Source of the DNA: an uncultured cyanobacterium
GTDB lineage: Bacteria; Cyanobacteriota; Cyanobacteriia; Cyanobacteriales; Nostocaceae
Length of the DNA stretch: 64,000 nt
Assembly: GCA_963706595.1 (NCBI GenBank)
Contig: OY970166.1
Coordinates: 480,001 to 544,000, forward strand
Reading direction: 5' to 3'
The notes beneath the pieces were generated by a model. That model was not told the origin of the DNA and made no database searches. It saw only the letters and a list, made by a program, of their open reading frames with translations. Positions 10,809-21,373 of the stretch are shown one piece after another; position 1 is the stretch's first letter, and each line of letters begins with the position of its first letter. A program made the translations under genes and the position numbers.

Positions 10809-11987
10809 TCATAATTTACTAACGTTTGCTAACAAACTGAAATCTTCTTGCTTCATCCTGGCAGTGTCGGCACTCACCAGTCCACAAGCTGACACGGCGT
10901 GACTCGCCGCGTTTTTGAGATTAATTGCCGCGTTTAGATCCCTGTCACATTCAAACCCGCAATGTTCACACTTGAATACACGTTCTTTGAGTGATAGAGA
11001 TTCTTTCTTGACTCCACAGTGGGAGCAAGTTTTGCTGCTGGGATACCATCTATCAACTACTACCAACTCACTGCCATAGAGTTTAGTTTTGTACTCTAAC
11101 TGATGACGAAACTCATAAAATCCCATGTCAGCGATGGCCTTAGCTAGTTTCCTGTTCGCCATCATCCCAGACACATTTAGATCCTCAATTACTACAGTGC
11201 CGTGGTTCTTGGCTAGATAAGTAGTGAGTTTATGTAATGTATCTTTGCGGATATTAGCAATGCGTTGGTGTAGTCGTGCAATTTTAGATTGCGCTTTTTT
11301 CCAGTTAGCGGAACCTTTAACCTTATGGCGGTTTATCCATTGCAGTCTAGATAGTTTGGTCTCTAAAGTGCGGTATGATTTCGCGCCTTCAAACACTTCT
11401 CCAGTCGATAACGTAGCAAGATATTTAACACCCAAGTCAACGCCTACAACGTCAACTAGCGAATGCGTGTCTGTCGGCTCTACCTCAATCCGAAACGAGA
11501 TATACCAACGGTCAGCAGTGCGACTAATGGTCACGGACTTAGGCTGAACCTGGGGCAATCTCTCGTATGTTTTCAGTACGCCTAACTTGGGAACTTGGAT
11601 TTTGTGAGTACCACGAATTTTAATTGTTCCGTCTAACTCAAATGAGTCAGATTTTCCTTTCTTCTTGAACTTGGGAGCGCCTGATACTTTTTTAAAGCAT
11701 CTATCCCAGGCTGTTTTGAGCCTACGCAGTGCATATTGCGGCGCACACTTTGATACTTCAAAGTACCAAGGGTTCTCAGGCTTTACCAATGCTACCAACC
11801 ACTTATGCAAGTCAATCGCAGAGGGAAATTTAATTTTCTCCTCTGGATTGGCTTTATTGTGGTCGAGTATTTGCTTGGTTAAAGCTAGTCCCCAGTTCCA
11901 AGCGTGACGAGCTACGCCACAGTGTTTCAATAGTTCAGTGCGGTGATTATTGTTTAATTTGAGTTCTGTCTTAAATCCTAGTATCAT
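10809..11987 (-). CDS. tnpB: RNA-guided endonuclease TnpB
   Basis: RuvC residues VGVDLG, VIEDL, DRDLNAA; zinc finger CSHC...CEHC; GFKTEL...ARHAWNWGL N-terminus. Confidence 0.93.
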   Translation of the reverse strand: MILGFKTELKLNNNHRTELLKHCGVARHAWNWGLALTKQILDHNKANPEEKIKFPSAIDLHKWLVALVKPENPWYFEVSKCAPQYALRRLKTAWDRCFKKVSGAPKFKKKGKSDSFELDGTIKIRGTHKIQVPKLGVLKTYERLPQVQPKSVTISRTADRWYISFRIEVEPTDTHSLVDVVGVDLGVKYLATLSTGEVFEGAKSYRTLETKLSRLQWINRHKVKGSANWKKAQSKIARLHQRIANIRKDTLHKLTTYLAKNHGTVVIEDLNVSGMMANRKLAKAIADMGFYEFRHQLEYKTKLYGSELVVVDRWYPSSKTCSHCGVKKESLSLKERVFKCEHCGFECDRDLNAAINLKNAASHAVSACGLVSADTARMKQEDFSLLANVSKL

Positions 11988-12016
11988 CTACTTATTGTAC
12001 AGCATATTAGCAGACG

Positions 12017-12166
12017 ATGAAAGACGAAAGACGAATAACAATCAGGATTCCACAACAAGAACTAGATTGGCTGGAGGCGTACTGTGAGCAGGTGGCAAGA
12101 ACTAAAACTGATGTAATGCGTGAGCTTATTCGCGGCTTGTCAAGGAAAGTGAGGAAAAGTGAGTAA
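12017..12166 (+). CDS. 49-aa ribbon-helix-helix (CopG-like) protein, not in the ORF track
   Basis: MKDERRITIRIPQQELDWLEAYCEQVARTKTDVMRELIRGLSRKVRKSE; divergent from tnpB with a 29-bp gap. Confidence 0.75.
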   Translation: MKDERRITIRIPQQELDWLEAYCEQVARTKTDVMRELIRGLSRKVRKSE

Positions 12167-12923
12167 TTGTTAGCTTATTGAGTGCTATTGATTAACCCTT
12201 AGCAGCCGATAATCCAACTGTGAAATTACCAATTTCTCAACTGGTAGGTCAACAATTCAACCTTTCCAAAAACAAGTGGAACCTCCGCCGGGGGGCAAAT
12301 TCTCTACTAGCTCCAGGTTCTGTAATTGCCGATGAGTACCGAGAATTTGCACAACGCCTGGAAAAAACCTTTCAATTAGTTTGGCAAGAACAACAACCCA
12401 TTGCTAGTTTTAACAATCAATCTGTAAGCGCAAGTTTAACTGACAGTGAACGAGTAGAAGTTACCTTTGCTGATGATTTATGGGTTGAAGGTAGTTCTAA
12501 CACTGAAGCTAACTTCACCACATTTACTGTTAATCATGCCATTTCCCAAAAAGATGTAACGCGATTAGCAGTAGCAGAGTTTGCCGAGGCTGGGGAAAAC
12601 CTCAAATTAAATATTGTCGATTTGGCAGCGAAATCAGCAACAATTCAAACTCAATTCCAGGTAAAATTCCGGGCGCAAGATAGATTTGGTGAATATTACA
12701 AAACCGTATACGAAGGAAATATTCCCAATCAACTTGTCACCCGTGACCATAACCGTTTTATCTTAGCTTTGGGGCAGCTAAAAATTCCTAATGATGCCCT
12801 ACGCCCTGGGGTAAAAGTTGATATTGAGGTGGTAGCTACCCGCACTTTGGGAGAACGTTCCGCAAAACAAACAATTAACTGGCGGGGTGCTATCCGCAAT
12901 CCTAGATGATATCTACCAAAAAT

Positions 12924-13499
12924 TTAGGAAGGTTTTTTGCCATCTGAAACAATCTGCGACAGTAGATTTCCTGTAAAATCTAGTAACTGATCCAGCAACA
13001 AACCAATAATCCCAATGTAAAGTACCACTTCAATGAGGGAATTAGCATTGCCAGCTTTATAAGCACTCCAAATTACAAATCCTAATCCTTTGGGTCCGAT
13101 CAACATTTCGGTAGCAATTACTGTAAACCATGCGATCCAAATGCCAACTTTCCAAGCATGAAATAGATGAAATATAGCGGCTCGAAAATTGTTTCTTTGT
13201 CTGCGAAAATGTTGCATACCTATGGCGGTATGAATAATCATCGACCAGAGAGTGCCAAAAAAAACGATAACTATAGTTGCTGGTTCAGTGTTATCTTCAA
13301 AGATTACGAGGGCAATAGGTAGCAAGGCTATAGGAGGGATACTATGGGGTATCTGAAATAACCGCTTTAATATTTGATAAATTGGGGTATTTATCCCTAT
13401 CAAATATCCCAATAAACTACCTAAAACTGCGGCGGGAATGTAACCTACAAACAATTTTTGCAGGCTGGCTAAAACATCTAAAAATATACTAGATTCCAT
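12924..13499 (-). CDS. ABC transporter permease (NrtB/SsuC-like), solitary
   Basis: IPPIALLPIAL, IAWFTVIATEML...GLGFVIW motifs. Confidence 0.8.
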   Translation of the reverse strand: MESSIFLDVLASLQKLFVGYIPAAVLGSLLGYLIGINTPIYQILKRLFQIPHSIPPIALLPIALVIFEDNTEPATIVIVFFGTLWSMIIHTAIGMQHFRRQRNNFRAAIFHLFHAWKVGIWIAWFTVIATEMLIGPKGLGFVIWSAYKAGNANSLIEVVLYIGIIGLLLDQLLDFTGNLLSQIVSDGKKPS

Positions 13500-13594
13500 G
13501 CCTCAGTGCTTATTTGTAACGTCTAGAAAATACTGCGGCAATCACAAAAAATAGCGGGTAGACAAACAGAAAGAAGATATTAAAGTCTACTTAT

Positions 13595-13696
13595 ATAGGA
13601 CTCCTATTTGAGTTATGAATTTATCCAACCGCCAAGTCGCCAAGCTCGCCAAGAGAAGAAGGAAAGAAGTTCACAAGTGAATTAGGACTGCTATAG
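13595..13696. repeat. MITE-like imperfect inverted-repeat element
   Basis: TATAGGACTCCTATTTGA ... TGAATTAGGACTGCTATA ends. Confidence 0.5.
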
Positions 13697-13880
13697 TAAG
13701 TTTATCAGTAAACAAAAGCTGAGTTAAGAAATTAAATAAAATTTCTATAATTTATATGTGAGATTTTCTTAATGTGAAATGCCAAAAAATAATCTTAAAA
13801 ATAGGTTAAATATAATTTAATTCGATTGTGTAATAGCTCATCAGTGAACTGATTAATGTTCACTGATAACGACACCCAAA

Positions 13881-14456
13881 TCATTTTCCCAAATTACGCT
13901 TCATTTGTTCCAACTCATCTTGAGTTTCCCAACGGCGAAATTTTTCTTCCAAATCGTCCAATCCACTGGTATAACTGCTAGTGGGATTCCACCAGCCATC
14001 TGTTTCTATGCGCTGCTGAGTTTGGGCTTGAGTGCGGGCTGTCTGGGCTTCTGTGGCTTTGGCTTGCACTTCTTGTCGCCGCACTTGAATTTTTCGCAGC
14101 AGTTCTTGAGATTGGGCTATGCGTTCTTTTAAGCCCTGCATTTGTCCCCAACGCTTGTTTCCTTCGCGCAATAGGGCGGCTTCTCTATCCTGTGCGGCGG
14201 CGGCTAAATCCTGTCTACCAGCATTTTGGGCTTTTTGAACCCGAATATGCCAAAGCTGAATCTCTTGCGCCGTAGAGAGAATTTCGTCTTGCGATCGCTT
14301 CTCCTGTAATTTTAACTCTGCAATCAATTTTAAAGTATCTTCTTCTTGCTGCCGCAGCTGTTCTAAGAGCGCTTCTAACTCCAAATGTGGATTATTACGC
14401 AAGAATTCTTCTAAACGATTTTCTAGAAACCGACTTAAATCATCAAATAATCCCAC
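13881..14456 (-). CDS. TIGR04376-like PspA/IM30-related coiled-coil protein
   Basis: MGLFDDLSRFLENRLEEFL, coiled coil, DLEEKFRRWE...ELEQMK tail. Confidence 0.75.
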   Translation of the reverse strand: MGLFDDLSRFLENRLEEFLRNNPHLELEALLEQLRQQEEDTLKLIAELKLQEKRSQDEILSTAQEIQLWHIRVQKAQNAGRQDLAAAAQDREAALLREGNKRWGQMQGLKERIAQSQELLRKIQVRRQEVQAKATEAQTARTQAQTQQRIETDGWWNPTSSYTSGLDDLEEKFRRWETQDELEQMKRNLGK

Positions 14457-14665
14457 GAATAGAACTCCAGAAGTTGAGTATTTAACTATTGTATTGTAAT
14501 AAACTTATCGGTGTACACTTGGCATTCTCATCGATTAGCTACTAAAGTGTCTAAATCAATGTTTATCTGTGGTGCCTGATTTTTTTGTCTCAACCCAATT
14601 GTAAAATGTTATTTTTTTAAGTCTAGTCGGCAAACAAAAGTTCAGGTAAGTTAATTAAGTAATTT

Positions 14666-15289
14666 ATGGCTAGACTATCCCACGAGTTACAACGCTATTT
14701 TTTTGACGAAGAACGCACCGCACACGTAACTTTAGCAGAGATTCTCCTCCTAGCCCAGGAACGAGTTTTTGGGTTTTTGCTGGTGATTTTGTCTCTTCCC
14801 TCAGCTTTACCGGTTCCTGCGCCTGGTTACTCGACTCCTTTCGGTGTGCTGATTTTTTTGCTGGCTATACAGATGATTTTCGGGGCAAAAATCCCCTGGC
14901 TACCCCAAAAAATGCTTAATCATCCCATTAAACTGGAAACAGTCCAGAAGTTTTTGCAGGCGGGAAATCCTTGGTTGCAAAAGATTGAAGCGATCGCTCG
15001 GCCGCGTTTGACCTATATTTGTACTACTTTACCAGGTAAAGTCACCATTGGCATGGCGATCGCCTTAATGGCCATTTCCATGATTATTCCCATTCCCGGA
15101 ACCAATACCCTCCCAGCCATCGGAGTTTTCGTGACTAGCTTTGGTTTACTTGAAGATGATGGTGCGATTAGCTTAGGAGGTTTAGTTATCTGTCTCATCG
15201 GGGGAATTTCCAGCATTTCAATTTTGATTGCAGTGGTTTGGGGTGGTTCTAGTCTTCTAGATATCATCAAAACTTGGTTGGGGCGTTAA
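14666..15289 (+). CDS. exoD: Exopolysaccharide synthesis protein ExoD family
   Basis: LSLPSALPVP, QMIFG..PWLP, PIPGTNTLPA, LLEDDG. Confidence 0.88.
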   Translation: MARLSHELQRYFFDEERTAHVTLAEILLLAQERVFGFLLVILSLPSALPVPAPGYSTPFGVLIFLLAIQMIFGAKIPWLPQKMLNHPIKLETVQKFLQAGNPWLQKIEAIARPRLTYICTTLPGKVTIGMAIALMAISMIIPIPGTNTLPAIGVFVTSFGLLEDDGAISLGGLVICLIGGISSISILIAVVWGGSSLLDIIKTWLGR

Positions 15290-15349
15290 TCTGCGAAAAT
15301 ACCACTAGAGGGGTATGGCATCAGATTACTAAACGTAGATAATATTGCC

Positions 15350-15889
15350 ATGACTGCCTTAAACATTAACCTCCACTTATTTCTGGAAAACCTGTTGTTT
15401 TTCCTCTGTGCGACCTCTTTTTTGATTGTTGTGGGTTGGGCGTGGAAACACGCAAAACCCTACAGAATTCCCGAACCGCTTCCGAGATGGTTTCAAGTCT
15501 GGTTTAGCACAGTACAAATACTGGGAGTATTGCTACCTTTGGTGGTAATGGTATTATGGGGTGTATTGTGGGGCTATACTTCCTTATTATCAGTAATTAC
15601 TTGGTATTTTGTGATGTTAGGGTTACAAATCCTCTCGGAAAGCATCTCATTAAAACTGTTTCACAACGTAGTTTGGGTAATGGTTCCCTACTTGTATGTG
15701 CCTTACCGCATCTGGCAAATGTACGAAGGTTGCACACTATTGGGTTCTGCAAGTCAACTCTGGTGGATACAAAGTTTGTTAATTTTAGAAATTCTACTCT
15801 GGACTGGTAACTATGCGTTAAATGTGTCACAACTCCCAAGATTGTTGGGCTGGGAATTCAAGCAAAACTCAGACCTTAGCCTCAATTAA
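15350..15889 (+). CDS. Hypothetical integral membrane protein
   Basis: 179 aa ORF with about five hydrophobic segments. Confidence 0.7.
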   Translation: MTALNINLHLFLENLLFFLCATSFLIVVGWAWKHAKPYRIPEPLPRWFQVWFSTVQILGVLLPLVVMVLWGVLWGYTSLLSVITWYFVMLGLQILSESISLKLFHNVVWVMVPYLYVPYRIWQMYEGCTLLGSASQLWWIQSLLILEILLWTGNYALNVSQLPRLLGWEFKQNSDLSLN

Positions 15890-16758
15890 CCGGAAAAAAC
15901 TCGCTCAGTATTGCTGATATAGTCATAAATTTATGAAGTGAAATTGTATTCCAATTATCCAAATTTGAACATCCCTATATATAACATTGGAACTTTCGAT
16001 ACTTGTGATCATAAATCTGACCTTAACTCAATGCTAATTAACCTAAAACTGCCCCAAAATTGCAGAAAAAACAAAAATTAACCAAAGTGGTAAAAATGAA
16101 AAAATACTTGCATTTTGCATTTAATTCAGTTACAGTAAATTTATTAGTCTAAGAAACCTTTGCATATATCTAAGTGTCAGCGCTTTAGATGAGGTAAAAG
16201 GGCAAAATCAGCCTTATAAACGAGAACAATGCTGGTCATGTTTTGTTACTCAACCTGCTGATAACATTCATCTGCCGGAAGTAATCATACTTTTAGCTTG
16301 GTGTCTTATTTTTTTCCTTATTAATTGAGAATTATTTGCAATATGTATTTCTTTTTTGATATATTAAAAATAAGTAGTGTCATAGAAACCTGGAACAGCC
16401 ATTGGACTAACAAAGCCATTTTCGTAGATGGTCATCGGCAAAAACAAACAATCTCTCTGATGAAGCACTTGCTGCATTTAAGATTAGTCATTTATTTCTA
16501 TGAAAATAAGTTCAGACAAACTAAATCTCAGCAAGTACAATTTTTTGTCCTCCTAGATAAAAAACAATACAAAACTCTGTTTCAAGTCACTGTAATATCT
16601 CTCTTAAGGTTAGTGAACTCTAATCTGGAGATTTTATTAATGAGAAAGAAATTTACTAAAAATGATGTTATAACGTGGCTACTTATTTTCACAGGTAAAT
16701 GCAGATTATTCTCGTTTATTTCTCTCTGTCCATAAAATTCACTAATGAGTAAATTTCA

Positions 16759-17736
16759 ATGAATACTTTTTTTTGTTCTGACCATGCACGAGAAGCAGGA
16801 GAAGATATTATTAGTAGTGCGACCAATTACGACACATATATTTTGGTTGAATGTCCTCAACCCTGGGCTTATGATGCTTTGCAATCTAAATGGGTCCCAA
16901 ATAATTTACAACTGCTAGTAGAGGAAGTCCGCCGGGCTAAATTATCCGTGAGATTTCTGTTAATTGCTAACAATTATTCACACAAAGTAGACTACACAAC
17001 CCTGCTGATATATCAAAAACGAGAGGGGTTGAGTCATGGATACCAAAAACATGAGTTCAAGTTACCACACATTGAACAAGTAGCGGGGGTGGTAAGAAAA
17101 TGTTTATCGAACAAAATCCCCGACCATAAAATAGAGACAGATATCACCAGAGATATTTTAGTATGTACCCACGGTAGCCATGATCAGTGTTGTGCGAGAT
17201 ATGGTAGTCCGTTTTATTTCCAAGCTAGTGCGATTATTGCTGACTTAGAATTGGATAATGTGCGAATTTGGAAATCAACCCATTTTGGTGGACATAGATT
17301 TGCACCAACAGCAATAGATTTGCCAGATGGCAGATATTATGGTGTTCTCAATCAAGAATCATTTCGGTCAATTTTGACCCGGACAGGTGATATCCAAAGC
17401 CTGAGAAAAGTGTATAGAGGCTGGGGAATTCTCCCAACTTGCGTGCAAATATTAGAAAGAGAACTAATGCTGCACCACGGCTGGAACTGGTTTAATTACA
17501 AAGTGTCGGGAAAAATTCTTCAGCAAAGTTTAGATAACAATACAATATTAGCTGAATTAAGTGTGGAAGAACCCTGTGGTTCTCTGTCTATTTATCAAGC
17601 AAAACTCGTTAAAGATACCACCAAGACACTAGAAATCAAAGGTTCTTGTAGTTCCAAAGAAAATTCCGTATTTGTCAAATATGCTGTAGAGAGTATCGGG
17701 CTTGTCTGTAAGAAAGTAGCAACTTGCAGTAACTAA
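16759..17736 (+). CDS. Sucrase/ferredoxin-like protein
   Basis: LVCTHGSHDQCCARYG and STHFGGHRFAPT motifs. Confidence 0.9.
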   Translation: MNTFFCSDHAREAGEDIISSATNYDTYILVECPQPWAYDALQSKWVPNNLQLLVEEVRRAKLSVRFLLIANNYSHKVDYTTLLIYQKREGLSHGYQKHEFKLPHIEQVAGVVRKCLSNKIPDHKIETDITRDILVCTHGSHDQCCARYGSPFYFQASAIIADLELDNVRIWKSTHFGGHRFAPTAIDLPDGRYYGVLNQESFRSILTRTGDIQSLRKVYRGWGILPTCVQILERELMLHHGWNWFNYKVSGKILQQSLDNNTILAELSVEEPCGSLSIYQAKLVKDTTKTLEIKGSCSSKENSVFVKYAVESIGLVCKKVATCSN

Positions 17737-17826
17737 AAAGCCATTACAAAACAAGCCCAAAATCATGCCAAACTTTACTCAAAAAACCTCAGCGTTACTT
17801 AGCGTTACCTCAGCGCCCCTCTGGGT

Positions 17827-19707
17827 TTAAGAACCCAACATTTGCAAATTGTGTAAAGTTGCATATAGTCCCCCTTTTTCTAACAATTGTTCATGACTTC
17901 CTGCTTCGATTAATTCACCTCGTTTCAACACAAAAATTCGATTTACATTGCGAATTGTAGACAAGCGGTGAGCGATAATAATGGCAGTACGTTTCACTAA
18001 AAGTTGATTTAATGCTTCTTGTACTAAAGTTTCTGTACTCACATCTAAACTAGCAGTAGCTTCATCTAGCACTAAAATTTGCGGATTGCGAATTGCGGCA
18101 CGGGCAAAGGCTAAAAGTTGCTTTTGTCCACTAGAAATATTTGTACCTCGTTGTCGCAGTTGAGTATCATAGCCTTGGGGTAAATTTTCAATAAACTCAC
18201 CCACATTTGTTTTATTAGCAGCTTGTTGAATTTCCTCAAGGGTGTAATGGTCGCCTAAAGTAATATTGCTTTTGACATCACCAGCAAACAAAAAGCCTTC
18301 TTGCAAAATTACTGCCATATAGCGGCGTAAGTCTGCTTGTGGTAACTCCCGGATATCTATACCATCTACTAAAATGCGTCCTTGAGTGGGTTCATAAAGA
18401 CGACATAAAAGCCGAATAATCGAACTTTTTCCCGCACCTGTGGGACCGACTAAGGCGATTTTTTCCCCAGGATGAATCACGAAGTCTAAGTCTTTAATCA
18501 CATAATCATCGTCTTTGTAGGCAAACCAGACGTGTTCAAACCGAATTTCTCCTAATTCTGGAGTCGGATCGAAATCTTGGGATTCCATACTATTAACTAT
18601 TTCGTCTATGTAGCCGAAATTGGAATCAAAGATGGAAAAGCGAGGATTAGTACCATCACGGATTTCTATGGGTTCATCGAGAATGTCGGTAATCCGTTCA
18701 ATGGCAGTAAAACCAGCTTGAATGACGGTGAATTTTTCGGCAAAATCCCTTAAAGGGTCAAATAATCGCTGGGCATATAAAATAAATGCAGCTAATACCC
18801 CAAAGGTGAGGGCTTGATCTAAAAGTAACCAACCACCTAGTAAAAGTACGCCGGCGATCGCCACTAGCCCGATCCATTCCAGAGTGGCTGAAACAGCCGA
18901 ATCATAAACAATAGTTTGATCTACTTGCTTGGTGTAACGTTCGTTAGCGTGGCGAAACAAGTTAGCATTAAAACTTTCTCGTCGGAATAACTGTACGATG
19001 TTCATCCCCACGACATTTTCTTGTAACTGTGAATTTAAGCCAGAAAGTTCTTCCCGTGCTTTGTAATTGGCTTTGCGGTACTGTTGCTGAAAGTAAATAA
19101 TCAACCAAGTAATTGGCAGCAGCATCACTAGCAGCAAGCAAGCGAGTTTCCATTCAATGGAAAGCATGATCCCGATGATCACCAGCATGGTCAAGACATT
19201 GGAAATAATGCCAATCGCCCCAGTAGAAAATACATCTCCCAAGACTTCCACATCGCTGGTGAGTCGAGTAATTAATTTACCTATGGGTGTGCGGTCAAAA
19301 AAACGCACCGCTAAAGATGTGACATGATGAAATAAATCCTGGCGAATTGCTGCTGTGATTTTCTGCCCTAGCTTCTGTAGTAGATAACCCTGAACACCAG
19401 TTAATATCAGTCGGATCACAATGGCAATCAAGATTAATACTTGCAGGATATTTAACCCTTGCCATAAGGGACGATTCCTGAGAAATTCATAAGTGTTGGG
19501 TTCATTGCGAATCAGAGAAATCGCCTGTCCAATCAGCAATGGTTGGATGGCGTTGGCTAATGCTATCGGTATAAGTAGCACTAATGCCATTGTCAGCAGT
19601 TTGCCACTGCGACGGGCGTAAGGCAGTAGACGTAAAAATAACCGCCAGTCGCTGCTATTCGCGCGGTTGTTGGTATCGGATTTGTTTAAAGATTGGTAGC
19701 TGCTCAT
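17827..19707 (-). CDS. ABC exporter, fused permease/ATPase
   Basis: TM domain, GPTGAGKSS, ISSGQKQ, LVLDEATA. Confidence 0.93.
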   Translation of the reverse strand: MSSYQSLNKSDTNNRANSSDWRLFLRLLPYARRSGKLLTMALVLLIPIALANAIQPLLIGQAISLIRNEPNTYEFLRNRPLWQGLNILQVLILIAIVIRLILTGVQGYLLQKLGQKITAAIRQDLFHHVTSLAVRFFDRTPIGKLITRLTSDVEVLGDVFSTGAIGIISNVLTMLVIIGIMLSIEWKLACLLLVMLLPITWLIIYFQQQYRKANYKAREELSGLNSQLQENVVGMNIVQLFRRESFNANLFRHANERYTKQVDQTIVYDSAVSATLEWIGLVAIAGVLLLGGWLLLDQALTFGVLAAFILYAQRLFDPLRDFAEKFTVIQAGFTAIERITDILDEPIEIRDGTNPRFSIFDSNFGYIDEIVNSMESQDFDPTPELGEIRFEHVWFAYKDDDYVIKDLDFVIHPGEKIALVGPTGAGKSSIIRLLCRLYEPTQGRILVDGIDIRELPQADLRRYMAVILQEGFLFAGDVKSNITLGDHYTLEEIQQAANKTNVGEFIENLPQGYDTQLRQRGTNISSGQKQLLAFARAAIRNPQILVLDEATASLDVSTETLVQEALNQLLVKRTAIIIAHRLSTIRNVNRIFVLKRGELIEAGSHEQLLEKGGLYATLHNLQMLGS

Positions 19708-19765
19708 AATAAGAGCATTATATTAATTTTTTCAACAGGAGAAACACGTTTTTTAATGTAGCAAA

Positions 19766-19844
19766 GTGGGGAGTAGGGAGTAGGGAATGGGGAGTGGGGA
19801 GTGGGGAATGGGGAGTGGTGAGTAGGGAGTAGGGAATGGGGAAT
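19766..19844. repeat. STRR heptamer tandem repeat (GGGGAGT/GGGGAAT/AGGGAGT)
   Basis: About 11 tandem 7-mers between invA and the ABC gene. Confidence 0.9.
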
Positions 19845-19845
19845 A

Positions 19846-21303
19846 TTAAAGGCTACAACCTAAACTATCGCTAATTTCTGCAAAACTGATGAGTTTTAAA
19901 TGGTCAGGGTTAGCCATGAACTCTTTGGCGGCGATTAATCCGGCGATACTCCAAGTTTGATACAGTCGGGCTTCTCTGCCAATCAGACGACCATTTTTAC
20001 CATCGTAATATTCGGGGAATTTATCGTTAATTAACCTTTTTTCCACAATAGCGATCGCCTTTTCGGCCAGTTCTGGGCGACCGATTTTTTGAGCCGCTGC
20101 CACAAATAACCACAGCAAAACCGGCCAGTTACCGCCATTATGATAAGACCAAGCGGTATTTTTGGGGTCACAGCCGGTAGTCATGCGCCACTCTAAACCT
20201 TCTAAAGCCGGATAACAGATTTTAACAGGCATATAACCCATTAAATCGTGCCAGCGTTCAGCAAATAAATTCATGATGCTTTCAGATTCAGCATCGCTGG
20301 CTAAGGAAGACAAAATGGCCATGAGATTTCCTAAAGCAAAAAAGCGAAAATCCATCCTTCCAGGTCCAAGATTCCCCGCTAAATAGCCTCCTTCTTCAGG
20401 TAGCCACTCGGTTAACCAATGGGGAATTGATTCTGGGTAAATATTGAACTTGTTGGCGACTTCTTTACCAAACTCGTCACCTTTATAGCGATAAATTTCG
20501 CTCAATCGCTGGAGGTCGATCCAATAATAGTTGCGGACGTGATATTTCAATGCGCCTAATCGCCCATTCACCTTAGTGATGTAAGTAGCACTATCTTCAT
20601 TTGGTAACAACAATTCACGGGAGGCAATGAGAGCAGCATAAAATAGTACTTGTATTTCTAGTGGATGTTCGTAGACTCCCATGCGGCGATCAATCATAAA
20701 CGCGCCATCGGGAACCAAGATTGTCGGGTACATGGAAAACCGATGCACCAAACAAAGATCCAGAATTAACTTGATTCCCACTTGAAATTCTGGCTGACGC
20801 GCCAGTTCCACATCGCCTGTAGCTTTTTCATAAGCCCGGAGGAGGATAATCCACCACATACAAGAGTCTATAGGAGGAACGCGAGCGATCGCCTGTTCTC
20901 CAAAATCAGCTACTAAAAATTCTTCATCGCCATTGTGTTCTACTTTAAAACTAGCAGGCATTAATCCTGCACCGGGTTCAAAGCAGTCCATTTGCTTTTC
21001 ATGACTTTGTAATTTCAGTGTTTCTACTAAGAAGTTACGGACGATATCTGGTTTACCCGCGATCAGAAACACCAAAGCCGAAGGCACAAAATCACGGAAA
21101 AAGCACTGATCATAATTGAGTGCGTCTAATTCTGGATCATGGGCGGCTATTGTACCAATGGGTTGACCTTGGTAATAAATTATGGATTCTTCCAGCAGCT
21201 TCCAGGCTTGTGTATCTAGCTGGCCGTTCTTGTCAATTGCGCGAGTCATACAATTTTGGATTTGGGATGTTAGATTTTGGATTGACCCGACGGATAAATC
21301 CAT
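19846..21303 (-). CDS. invA: Alkaline/neutral invertase (GH100)
   Basis: [38 protein letters not shown]; true start may be MTRAID. Confidence 0.9.
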   Translation of the reverse strand: MDLSVGSIQNLTSQIQNCMTRAIDKNGQLDTQAWKLLEESIIYYQGQPIGTIAAHDPELDALNYDQCFFRDFVPSALVFLIAGKPDIVRNFLVETLKLQSHEKQMDCFEPGAGLMPASFKVEHNGDEEFLVADFGEQAIARVPPIDSCMWWIILLRAYEKATGDVELARQPEFQVGIKLILDLCLVHRFSMYPTILVPDGAFMIDRRMGVYEHPLEIQVLFYAALIASRELLLPNEDSATYITKVNGRLGALKYHVRNYYWIDLQRLSEIYRYKGDEFGKEVANKFNIYPESIPHWLTEWLPEEGGYLAGNLGPGRMDFRFFALGNLMAILSSLASDAESESIMNLFAERWHDLMGYMPVKICYPALEGLEWRMTTGCDPKNTAWSYHNGGNWPVLLWLFVAAAQKIGRPELAEKAIAIVEKRLINDKFPEYYDGKNGRLIGREARLYQTWSIAGLIAAKEFMANPDHLKLISFAEISDSLGCSL

Positions 21304-21373
21304 ACATCAGCAGTCGAGGAAACGCTATCAAGAGCGATCGCAGTTCCTATCCAGGATATCACTACAAAAATTC

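Larger units (their letters stand above)
10807..12198 (-). mobile_element. Non-autonomous IS607-type element (tnpB + small RHH gene, no tnpA)
   Basis: CC at both junctions (10805-6, 12197-8; GG on the element strand), no TIR or longer TSD; host frame restored on removal. Confidence 0.75.
10735..12909 (+). pseudogene. Secreted hypothetical protein interrupted in its signal peptide by the TnpB element
   Basis: 10735-10806 (MHRSFRRKLTLLLTFSLFTTLLPA) joins in frame to 12199 onward (LAADNPTVKLPISQ...). Confidence 0.75.

Noticed and set aside
10809..11987. TnpB as a Cas12 effector for the CRISPR array
   Set aside because: It lies 40 kb away, has transposon-type junctions and ordinary TnpB size, and the repeat is type I-D-like
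10807..12198. IStron (self-splicing) interpretation of the TnpB insertion
   Set aside because: The element is antisense to the host gene and has no room for a group I intron core
16325..16735. 136-aa ORF in the track
   Set aside because: TTG start, AT-rich low-information translation overlapping probable promoter DNA
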